Position numbers and translations under genes: made by a program | Virus record (IMG/VR): IMGVR_UViG_3300031555_004891 | DNA from: a virus | Taxonomy: Duplodnaviria > Caudoviricetes | DNA length: 64,000 nucleotides | Direction: 5' to 3' (one strand) | Notes under the pieces: model-generated | The model's input: only the letters and a program-made list of their open reading frames with translations | Told to the model about the DNA's origin: nothing | The model's database searches: none | Part shown: positions 55,808 to 64,000 of the stretch, in pieces | Layout: every line of letters begins with the position of its first letter | Position numbering within the stretch: position 1 is the stretch's first letter

Positions 55808-55863
55808 CCCTTAAATTTTTCAGGGTTAGCTAAATTTATTGTAATAAGGAACAATTAAATAAT

Positions 55864-56151
55864 ATGGAAGAAATGTTACAGGAATTAGGAATATTTGAGC
55901 CTGGTCAAGCAGGTAAAAATAATTCTTATGTAGTAGATTTGGATTCTGATTTAGCATGGGGTAAGATCTATTCTTTGCTTGAAACTAACGAAGATGTAGA
56001 GCAAATGGAAGATAATACATTGTTAACAGTCCATAATGCAAGCGTGATATATGTCTACAAAGATAAATATCAACTAAACCTAAAAGCAGATTTCGATAAT
56101 GAAATTTATTCGCTTATTTGTTCTAAATTATCATCGGAGGAAAAAATTTAA
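55864..56151 (+). CDS. Acidic hypothetical protein
   Basis: Track ORF with AAGGA RBS. Confidence 0.55.
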   Translation: MEEMLQELGIFEPGQAGKNNSYVVDLDSDLAWGKIYSLLETNEDVEQMEDNTLLTVHNASVIYVYKDKYQLNLKADFDNEIYSLICSKLSSEEKI

Positions 56152-56152
56152 T

Positions 56153-56791
56153 ATGGCTATTAAAACAGTAATAACTGATTATGATGTTTTGAGTGAAATT
56201 TCAGAAGAAATTGATCTTAGAAAAGAAAACAATCTCGCTAGAGAAACTACACTTGACTTAAAGCATACTATGCAGAAAAATGAGTATGCAGTTTTAGCAG
56301 CACCACAAATTGGTGTCAAGAAAAGAATGTTTTGTATAAACTTTAATGGTGATATACGTACATTCTGCAACCCCATGTATAAAAATGTAGGTAGATTAGT
56401 GTTAAATAGAGAAAGATGTCCCAGTATTCCTGGAAAAGAGTTTTTCAGATTTAGACACGATGATGTTGAGCTAGTTTATCAAACACCTATGGGTAAAATA
56501 GAATGTAGAAAATTTACAGGTATGGCTGCATATGTAGTGCAATATGCTGTAGATATGCTCGATGGGTTGCTTATATCCGATGTTGGCTTAGAAATTTTAG
56601 ATGGCTGGGAAGAATTATCAGAAGCTGATAAAAATTCAGTAATTGATGATTATATCCAATCTCTAGATTTAACCAGAAAAGAAGTCAAAAAAGAAATAAA
56701 TGAAAACAAAGAGCTTAAACAATTATCAGATGCTATAGATTTCATTGAAAGCGTACAGCGTGGTGAAACTAAATTAGAATCTGATGTTTAA
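56153..56791 (+). CDS. Peptide deformylase-like protein with degenerate active site
   Basis: LAAPQIG, NP, ERCPSIPG; HExDH replaced by YAVDM; ATG after GGAGG. Confidence 0.75.
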   Translation: MAIKTVITDYDVLSEISEEIDLRKENNLARETTLDLKHTMQKNEYAVLAAPQIGVKKRMFCINFNGDIRTFCNPMYKNVGRLVLNRERCPSIPGKEFFRFRHDDVELVYQTPMGKIECRKFTGMAAYVVQYAVDMLDGLLISDVGLEILDGWEELSEADKNSVIDDYIQSLDLTRKEVKKEINENKELKQLSDAIDFIESVQRGETKLESDV

Positions 56792-56806
56792 TAATATATA
56801 AGAAAA

Positions 56807-56850
56807 AGAGCGAGTAGATAGCCTTTAACAGAATTTCTACTCGCTTTCTT
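56807..56850 (+). terminator. Rho-independent terminator
   Basis: AGCGAGTAGA/TCTACTCGCT stem plus TTCTT. Confidence 0.55.
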
Positions 56851-57130
56851 AATAAAAAATAAAAGATACTTCGCGCAAATAATTAACTTTCCGAGGGCTA
56901 ATTACACAAAAGTATCTTTTATGAGATGTAGGTAAGGATCTTTTTACGTATCTCTAAATAAATACCTGCCAAGATTTTTACTCCGGATATGTATTTAGAT
57001 TCTTACTTACTGTATATAAACTACTGACATAAGCAGCAGTTATTTGTTAAATATTATTATTTAATTCTTACCTGTTGTTTATATATAAATTTAGCAAATA
57101 AATATAATATAATTTAAGGGAGAATTAAAA

Positions 57131-57528
57131 ATGGCTGGAAACGGTGCTATTAAATTCTTACGCGGTACAACAACTGCGGTAAGTAACAACAGTTCTGCAA
57201 CTTTACTTGATGGCCAACCTCTCTACATTACCAATCAGAATCAACTTGTGATTGGGGGGGGGGCAATAATGCTTTAACAAAAGCCCCTATTTCATGTAGA
57301 GAATTAATTGGTTACGCAAGTAATACATCAACAACTGAATCATATTCAATTAAATATACAGGGAATGCATTCTAGTTTAAACAGGGATCTTACACTTTAA
57401 GCTTTCCTACTTTGACTGCTAATAAAACTGTTGCATTATCGGATCACACACATAGCGGATATGCATTAAAAACTGAATTACCTGCATTTTCATATAGTGG
57501 AACAACACTCACTATAACTACTTCTTAA
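57131..57528 (+). CDS. Tail-fibre-like protein A1 with -1 frameshift at G10 (57254-57263)
   Basis: N-terminal IKFLRGT...GQPLY matches paralog at 58739; zero frame stops 57277, -1 frame continues to TVALSDHTHSGY...TLTITTS matching the paralog C-terminus. Confidence 0.7.
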
Positions 57529-57551
57529 GAATAAAAAGGAGGAAATTATAG

Positions 57552-58664
57552 ATGAGTAATTTAACTATAGATACAGCAGCAATGCAAGCATGCATGTATA
57601 ATGGTAATAATGTAGAAAAATTAATCATAGATGGTACAACAGTTTGGGAAAAAATTAGTGGTCCTTTTGATATAACATTTCGTAGTTATGATGATCTGTA
57701 TACTTACTTAATTCCATCAGGATCAAATTATGGATATTATGAGTATACAGTATAGACTGACGCTAGAGGTAAGCTTGATATTGAGCAGATTCCAGCTATA
57801 AGTACTATGTGGGCATTAAATGGTGAAAGCTCGCCATACTGGATTCTTGATGGTAATGGTAACCCAGAATATAGTAATTATGAAGTGATGCTTTTATATT
57901 GCGAGGAGTTTTATGGCCCATCTGGTTCTATTGCGCATGCAGATATAGCTGATATGACTTTTTCAGGCAATGAAGACTTTTTTGCGAAACCTACTTGGGG
58001 AGGTTTTTATACCAGCACTGCGTCTGATTTAGAACTATGCACATCACTCACGATATAGAGCGCATGTCTGCTTAGCTGGTGGCCTTTAGAATCAATGTCT
58101 GATGCTATTTGGTTATATATTTACACAGATCCAGGTAGTGCAGAAGATCTATATTCTGAAAACTGGCTTGTGAGAATTAACTTAACTGATTATACGCAGA
58201 TGATGCTTGACAGACTCAATCTTCCATTTATTGATATCAATCGAGATTTAGTTTCTCAAATAATAGAAAATAATATTGGATATTGTCCATGCTATTTACA
58301 TTTTCAAGATATTAACACTAGTGGTGGTGCTGAAATTAATCCTGAGTTGTTGCATGTCTGGTAGGAAATGGAGAGCTCTGTTAATCCAGATAATCCAATA
58401 GAATTAGGTGTACGTTTAATTATTCCAACTGGAACAGCTTTTTTCCCAAGCGTTACGTGCGTCCCTGTTTCTTCAAATATACGATATGCTGTACATGACG
58501 CCGGCTATCTTTGGTTAGACAATATGGATAATGCTGACCTTGTTGATGAGTATATTTGTAGCTGTTCTCACCTTGATGTTGAACCGCTTTATTTCTGTAA
58601 TGCATTAGATTATCGAGATAGTGCTGGTAATGCGATTTGGTCTATAACACCAATAATAAAATAA
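57552..58664 (+). CDS. Acidic fibre-associated/receptor-binding-like protein B1 (370 aa, code 15)
   Basis: Four track ORFs in one frame split by 3 TAG; N-terminal YNGNNVEKLIIDGTTVWEK. Confidence 0.65.
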
Positions 58665-58738
58665 TTTAAGCGATCAATTATTCTCTACATTTTTAACAAA
58701 ATTAATCAAAAAAAAATTAAAAATGGGAGAAATATATT

Positions 58739-59299
58739 ATGTCGATCACAAATCCTTCTATACAATTTTTACGCGGTACATCTACCGCTAAAAGCAACAA
58801 CAGCACAAAAGTTTTAGCTGCTGGTCAACCTTTCTATGATACAACTAATAAAAAGTTATATATTGGCGATGGTTCAACAACTTTAGGCAATTTAACTGCT
58901 ATTGGTGGTGATAATGCTGAATATACTTTAACTAAGTCTGGATCTAACATTTATTTGAAAAAAGATGGAACAACAGTTTCAACTATTACTGATGATGTTG
59001 GATCTAGCACAGATACTAACTATTATCATACACCTAGCTACTCATCAGGTTTACAAATTGCTACAGGTACTGGTGTTAACGCTTTATATGTTCCAACCGG
59101 TACAACTGCTAACACCGTTGCTTTAGGTAACCATACTCATAGTGGCTATGCTGCTTCTTCTCATACACACTCAAGTTTGACAAATGGATCTTATACAGCT
59201 ACTGCGCCTTCTAAAACCGGTACTATTGCTCTTACATCTGATGTTCCTACTATTACTTATGACTCAAGCAGCGGTACCTTAAATATAACAACTGCATAA
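58739..59299 (+). CDS. Tail-fibre-like protein A2
   Basis: IQFLRGT...GQPFYDTTNKKLYIGDG fibre N-terminal motif; HTH tripeptide repeats; Ser/Thr-rich. Confidence 0.7.
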   Translation: MSITNPSIQFLRGTSTAKSNNSTKVLAAGQPFYDTTNKKLYIGDGSTTLGNLTAIGGDNAEYTLTKSGSNIYLKKDGTTVSTITDDVGSSTDTNYYHTPSYSSGLQIATGTGVNALYVPTGTTANTVALGNHTHSGYAASSHTHSSLTNGSYTATAPSKTGTIALTSDVPTITYDSSSGTLNITTA

Positions 59300-59321
59300 T
59301 ATTGAGCGGGAGGAAGTTTTT

Positions 59322-60607
59322 ATGATTTATGAAATACTTACAGGCTCAGATTTGCAGTCATGTTTTTATAATAATTAGGATGTTTCAAAGATAATTTTAG
59401 ATGGAACACTTATCTGGTTAAAGGAAGGCACTGGTGGTTCAGATACACCTACTCCATCTTATAGTACATTAACTATTGATTTGTATTCTGACGATCCTTC
59501 TAACACAGTAGAAGGAAATATTAATGGTTATGTATACGAACTTTGCGCAGAAGGTACATCAGGTTGCTTAAAAGAATCAGATGAGAGTCTAGAAGCTGCC
59601 TTAGCAGACACTTATTGTAAGGTTATTGCTGGTGGTGGATATGCAACTACTCGAATATTTTATTACAACCACTCAGCTTTAGCTATTTATATACCAGCAG
59701 AGTCTTTGGTAGATATTGCTGGATATAACTTATTAGGTGTGCGCTTTGAGTTTGAGAATGAATTTGACTTATCTAATATTGAAACAAGAATTTGTGCAGA
59801 AAACGGTGACACTGTTGCTGTACCAGGTGATTATGCAACAGAAGTTTATAGTGGTTCACCTAGCATAAGTGGCAATAGCTTAGAACTAATTTTTGATACA
59901 GCATATGAATTATATGGAGCTAATCTGAGTCTCGGTTTTACTTTCTCATCATCAAATTGGGCTAGTAATGCAATGTTATATAATAGGATTACCTTACTGC
60001 ATGATGGGGGGGGGCAATAACCCCTGATGAACCTGATGAACCTACTGTAGCAGAGGTGTCTGATTTAACCGAAGTTTCTGCACTTGAGGATGGCACTTCT
60101 TTTATCTTCTCTGGAGAATGCTATGTAGTTGCTGTTAAGGGTAATTATGCATTATTGTGCGATGCTACTGGTTATGCTACAGTTTATATGAATGGTGGGT
60201 TACCAGAAGAGTTTACTACTTAGGGATAGGTTATAACAGATTTTACTGGTACTGTTAAACTATACCATGATGGAGTGCAGTTAACAAACATTAATGATAT
60301 CGGTTATGATGATTATTTAGTTGAAGTAAATCCTTACGAAATAGCTACAATATAGGATGCTCCAGGTTACTATATCGTTAAAGGTATATCAATAGAAGAG
60401 TATGATGATACTTATTACATTGCAAATCTTGATGGTGAGCCACTGCTGTATATTCCTAGAGAGGATAATTATGAGATAGCGCCAGGTCTTACCTATGATA
60501 TTGTTTTCGCTCAAATGTATTATAGTTCTAGATATTCTTATCCACTTAGCATAAACTCGAATCAAATTTATCTAGAGTCTATTACAGAATGTGAAGGGAT
60601 AGAATAA
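59322..60607 (+). CDS. Acidic protein B2 with -1 frameshift at G9 (60006-60014) adding an OB-fold-like C-terminal domain
   Basis: ATG after GGAGG, N-terminal YNN[TAG]DVSKIILDGTLIW paralogous to B1; zero frame stops 60020; -1 frame open (TAG only) to TAA 60605-60607. Confidence 0.65.
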
Positions 60608-60696
60608 AATTGGTGTTTTTTAACGGTATATATAAATGAACAAAGATTGCTTGGCCAAGCAAAATAAAATAATTAGAAATAAGGAAATTTTTATTA

Positions 60697-61572
60697 ATGG
60701 ATACAATTAATACTGAAAATGTTATGGAACTTAATTTTGTAGATGATTCTGTTGAAGTAAGACAAAACTTGCTTTTAACTAACGCTAGAGCTAGATATGC
60801 TAATTATAGAAATTGTAGATGTCAAGGCATTGTTTGGCAACCCAGTGATACAACAGATGATGAGGGAAATGCTCTAGTTCCTGAGTTTGAAAATTGCACC
60901 TTTACAGCATGCTCATTCCTTGAACTTCCTGAAACTGCTGTAATTAGATTCTATGGTGTAAATACTTTCTATAATTGTCATTTTGGTCCTGATCAAACTG
61001 TAGTTATTGATAGCAATTGCGAATTCTATAACTGCCAAAATGTTAATATTAAATTTGCTGAGGCTAAAGCATATAAGCTTAATGTTATCGGTGGTAACAT
61101 CGCATTCCCTCAAATCACTTCTACAGCTGTTGCAGGTACTTATCCTCTCGAACTCCAAATGACTGGAGGTAAGTTAACTCTTCCTTCTGTTGTTGTTTAT
61201 GGTGATTGGGTACTTAATCTTACTAATGTTAATGTTGTAAGCTCAGCAGCTACTTGCGCATTTACTAGCATGACTATGACTGGTTGCAAATTCCAGGGTG
61301 TAGATAACCTTTATGCAGATAGAGTAGTTGGTTCAAGTCTTGCATTTAGCGGAACTTCTGCTTCTAATATTACTTTGCAAGGTGGTTCAGTAATTGGTAA
61401 TACTATTGAAAATAAAACTGCAGATGGCACGATGCTAACAGCAAAAACTGGTGTTACTTTCAATTGCTCAATTGACGTCGCTAACCGCGTAAATATGGCT
61501 AACAGAACTATGACTACAGGCTCAAGCGCTAAAACTGTAGAACATAACTACAATGGAGCTGAAACTCTTTAA
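60697..61572 (+). CDS. Parallel beta-helix-like protein
   Basis: Repeated NCTF/NCHF/NCEF and small-residue beta rungs. Confidence 0.55.
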   Translation: MDTINTENVMELNFVDDSVEVRQNLLLTNARARYANYRNCRCQGIVWQPSDTTDDEGNALVPEFENCTFTACSFLELPETAVIRFYGVNTFYNCHFGPDQTVVIDSNCEFYNCQNVNIKFAEAKAYKLNVIGGNIAFPQITSTAVAGTYPLELQMTGGKLTLPSVVVYGDWVLNLTNVNVVSSAATCAFTSMTMTGCKFQGVDNLYADRVVGSSLAFSGTSASNITLQGGSVIGNTIENKTADGTMLTAKTGVTFNCSIDVANRVNMANRTMTTGSSAKTVEHNYNGAETL

Positions 61573-61609
61573 TTCCCATAACAATTCTTAAAATAAATAA
61601 TTAAAATAG

Positions 61610-61638
61610 TTGATCTTTTCCTTTATTTATATTATAAT
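61610..61638 (+). promoter_or_regulatory. Sigma70-type promoter
   Basis: TTGATC-N17-TATAAT. Confidence 0.7.
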
Positions 61639-61672
61639 ATAATTGTAAATAAAGGAAGAGGTCATTTTTATT

Positions 61673-62827
61673 ATGAAATACACAATCCATAAAGATTTAG
61701 TAGCAATGTTCGAAGAAAAGATGAAAAAATTTGCATCTAAATTCGAAAAATATGGTACCTGCGAATATCTTAAATCTAAGCCTTATGTGTGCTTAAACGA
61801 AAATAGTCCTAGATATCTTTATGAGTTAGTAGATATTGATGTAAATGCTTCTTATAAAGTTGGTGATTATTCTTTTGTAGCATCTCTCGAATGGGTAGAA
61901 GAAGCTCAAGAAAATCTTATTAAGAAAATTTCTGAGGATATTTATGTTCCTGAAATTTATAAGACTCGCAGAGAATGCGATCATTGCAACACTAAGCGCT
62001 ACAGAAAATCTACAATTATTTTGAAAAATAATGAAACCGATGATTATATCCAGGTAGGTAAAAGTTGTGTAAAAGATTACACTGGTGTAGATTTGGGTAG
62101 ATACGCTGCTTATTTGTCTTTCTTCGATGACCTTGAGCAATATTTGCAAGAATGTGAAAAAGACAATATCACCAGAATTAAGCCCATGTATAAGGTGAGC
62201 TATATTTTGGAGCAAGCTGCAGAAGAAGTTAGACATCATGGTTATATCAGCAAGAGCAAGTCCTGGGAATTAGAGACTGATAGCACTTCTAGTAGAGTGT
62301 TTATGATGATTACTAATTATATAGACTACTATACTGGCAAGAAAACTTATGAAACATATAAAGAAATATCTAAAGAAGCAAAAGAAACTGTAGAAAATGT
62401 GTATTCTTTCTATAGAGATCTTGATTCGTCTGATGATTATGTAAATAATATTAAAACTATTCTTAAGACTGATTATGTTGGCGCAGATAAAATTGGGTTA
62501 GTTGTTTCTGCTATTGGTACAAAACTTCGCATTGAAAATCAGAATAAAGAAAAAGAGCAAAAAGCTCAGTCAAATTATGTTGGCGAAGTTGGGCAAAAAA
62601 TCACATTTAAGGCTATACCTGAATGCGTATATTCTGGAAGTAGCCAATTTGGTTGGGTATATATTTATAAAATGAAAGTCGGTAATGATGAGATTGTTTG
62701 GACAACCAGCAAAGATTTAGCTCCAGATACTGAGCTCGAATTTACAGCGACTGTTAAAGCCCATGAGGAATATAGAGGTTGTAAGCAAACAGAAATCACG
62801 AGAGCGAGAACAAAAATTGCTTTATAA
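61673..62827 (+). CDS. Phage early protein with Zn site and C-terminal OB-fold-like domain
   Basis: CDHC..R.R...VGKSC; SNYVGEVG...TVKAHEEYRGCKQT; no TAG. Confidence 0.65.
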   Translation: MKYTIHKDLVAMFEEKMKKFASKFEKYGTCEYLKSKPYVCLNENSPRYLYELVDIDVNASYKVGDYSFVASLEWVEEAQENLIKKISEDIYVPEIYKTRRECDHCNTKRYRKSTIILKNNETDDYIQVGKSCVKDYTGVDLGRYAAYLSFFDDLEQYLQECEKDNITRIKPMYKVSYILEQAAEEVRHHGYISKSKSWELETDSTSSRVFMMITNYIDYYTGKKTYETYKEISKEAKETVENVYSFYRDLDSSDDYVNNIKTILKTDYVGADKIGLVVSAIGTKLRIENQNKEKEQKAQSNYVGEVGQKITFKAIPECVYSGSSQFGWVYIYKMKVGNDEIVWTTSKDLAPDTELEFTATVKAHEEYRGCKQTEITRARTKIAL

Positions 62828-62843
62828 TATAAAATAGTAAATA

Positions 62844-62876
62844 AATAAGCTCAGATAAAATTCTGAGCTTATTTTC
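62844..62876 (+). terminator. Rho-independent terminator
   Basis: AATAAGCTCAGA/TCTGAGCTTATT plus TT. Confidence 0.6.
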
Positions 62877-63098
62877 ATGTATAGATATATAGAGGACAAA
62901 CTTATGGATACACCTTCTATTTCATTTAAAATTGGTGAAAAAATTAAGAATAAAAGTGGCGAAATTATATACATATGCGACATTGTATATTCGATGGTAG
63001 AAAAAGGCTGGTTAGTAATATACTACGAGTTAGATAAGCAAGATAAAATTCAAAAAATGAACACTATGTCTTTAGATCTTTTTAGCATGGGGTTGTGA
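62877..63098 (+). CDS. Hypothetical protein
   Basis: Track ORF; start may be downstream ATG after GAGG. Confidence 0.45.
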   Translation: MYRYIEDKLMDTPSISFKIGEKIKNKSGEIIYICDIVYSMVEKGWLVIYYELDKQDKIQKMNTMSLDLFSMGL

Positions 63099-63101
63099 TA
63101 T

Positions 63102-63647
63102 ATGGATAGTAAGGAATTATGGCACCAGTATAATTTATCTTATGATGACCAACTCAACTTCCTAAAAAATAAATACGGATTACCTCAAGGAAATTATTTT
63201 CTTACTGAGAGTTGCAAATCTACAAATAACAAAATAAAAAGAGCTAAAGAAGGACTTTACGTGCATCATGATTATGAGTGGAATCCAAATGACTGGACAT
63301 GTCATAGCTTAAGCACTCAAGAATTAGCCTTAAAATACCCTTTCGAATATCAATTAAGTGATCATCTAACATACTGTAACATGTTAGAGCATTTAATGTT
63401 GCATATGAAAATTTATAGATTAAGACGCGATTATCTAGGTGGACCAATTTTTACAGATGGGGTACAAAATTTCTTGATACCACAAATAAATGATATTTAT
63501 CAGACTAGAAAATATAAGCAAGAATGGCTTATAGCAACAAAAGAAGCTATAGTAGAAAATTATAATGATTATATTGAGCTGATAAAAATTCATGCAGAAG
63601 ATAGTGATCAAGATGTTGTAGATCTATATGGTTTATCTTTAAGATAA
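63102..63647 (+). CDS. HNH-like hypothetical protein
   Basis: LYVHH...HLTYCNMLEHLMLH. Confidence 0.5.
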   Translation: MDSKELWHQYNLSYDDQLNFLKNKYGLPQGNYFLTESCKSTNNKIKRAKEGLYVHHDYEWNPNDWTCHSLSTQELALKYPFEYQLSDHLTYCNMLEHLMLHMKIYRLRRDYLGGPIFTDGVQNFLIPQINDIYQTRKYKQEWLIATKEAIVENYNDYIELIKIHAEDSDQDVVDLYGLSLR

Positions 63648-63720
63648 TGTATAACAAACTATGTGTGGATAAACTATTTACTTAAGAATAGTTAGTCCTT
63701 TTCCATATAGAGGGAGTAAT

Positions 63721-64000
63721 ATGTTTATAGTAAAAAGAAGCGGTAAGCGTGAAAAATTTGACAAAGAAAAAATAAAAATTGTTTTAGAAAAAGCTAATGA
63801 AACAGTTTTAGAAGAGTATCGAATATCTAAAACTATAATAAACAATATAGCTGAGAAGATCGAGAAGCTAGCAGAAGAAAATGCAACTATGTTTACTATA
63901 GATGATATCCAGGATGCAGTGGAAGATTATCTCATTAAAATAAATAAATATGAGTTAGCTAAATCATATATAAAACATAGATATACGAAAGAATTAGCTA
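63721..64000 (+). CDS. ATP-cone protein, probably ribonucleotide reductase (partial)
   Basis: MFIVKRSGKREKFDKEKI...IQDAVEDYL...AKSYIKHR; GGGAG RBS; runs off window. Confidence 0.75.
   Translation, partial: MFIVKRSGKREKFDKEKIKIVLEKANETVLEEYRISKTIINNIAEKIEKLAEENATMFTIDDIQDAVEDYLIKINKYELAKSYIKHRYTKELA

Noticed and set aside
57131-60607. Diversity-generating retroelement acting on fibre genes
   Set aside because: No reverse transcriptase and no near-identical TR/VR pair with adenine-specific mismatches in the window
5232-63447. Minus-strand ORFs in the track
   Set aside because: Short, lie opposite well-supported + strand genes, no recognisable motifs; treated as shadow ORFs
1-64000. TGA recoding (code 4/25)
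   Set aside because: TGA ends many genes cleanly, often as ATGA overlaps with the next start
1-64000. tRNA (especially suppressor tRNA-CUA) or CRISPR array
   Set aside because: No cloverleaf or regularly spaced repeats seen by eye; GGTTCGAAT near 8808 lies inside a CDS; tRNAscan/CRISPR finders would be decisive

Overview
Nearly all + strand, AT-rich segment of a large contractile-tailed phage genome. The host is probably a Bacillota/Firmicutes gut bacterium (GGAGG RBSs, sigmaA-type promoters, RecU). The ORF track is fragmented because TAG is recoded as Gln (code 15): TAG falls inside invariant motifs such as PolA PLNL[TAG]NIP, and every reconstructed gene ends in TAA or TGA. Re-read with code 15, the order is: tape-measure end and baseplate module (1-11.8 kb); SNF2 helicase with a class-3 LAGLIDADG intein; initiator, DnaC-like loader, DnaB, primase, SSB; family A polymerase split by a 243-nt group I intron; a preQ1-riboswitch-like leader before a VUT/YhhQ transporter and an SDR; ATP-dependent ligase; a DNA-modification island (split N6-adenine MTase halves, GNAT, DpdA-type transglycosylase, three ending in K[TQ]EL[WF]) directly before a beta-clamp gene; RecU, dUTPase, a homing endonuclease, RecA, type II topoisomerase, a bacterial-type clamp loader, SbcCD, putative sigma and Mor-like regulators, a degenerate peptide deformylase; duplicated tail-fibre-like gene pairs with G9/G10-CAATAA -1 frameshift sites; and the start of an ATP-cone protein. 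Best candidate for an undescribed system: riboswitch-regulated salvage of 7-deazaguanine feeding a clamp-tethered DNA hypermodification toolkit. No tRNA or CRISPR array was seen. Protein calls come from motif recognition by eye, not database searches.
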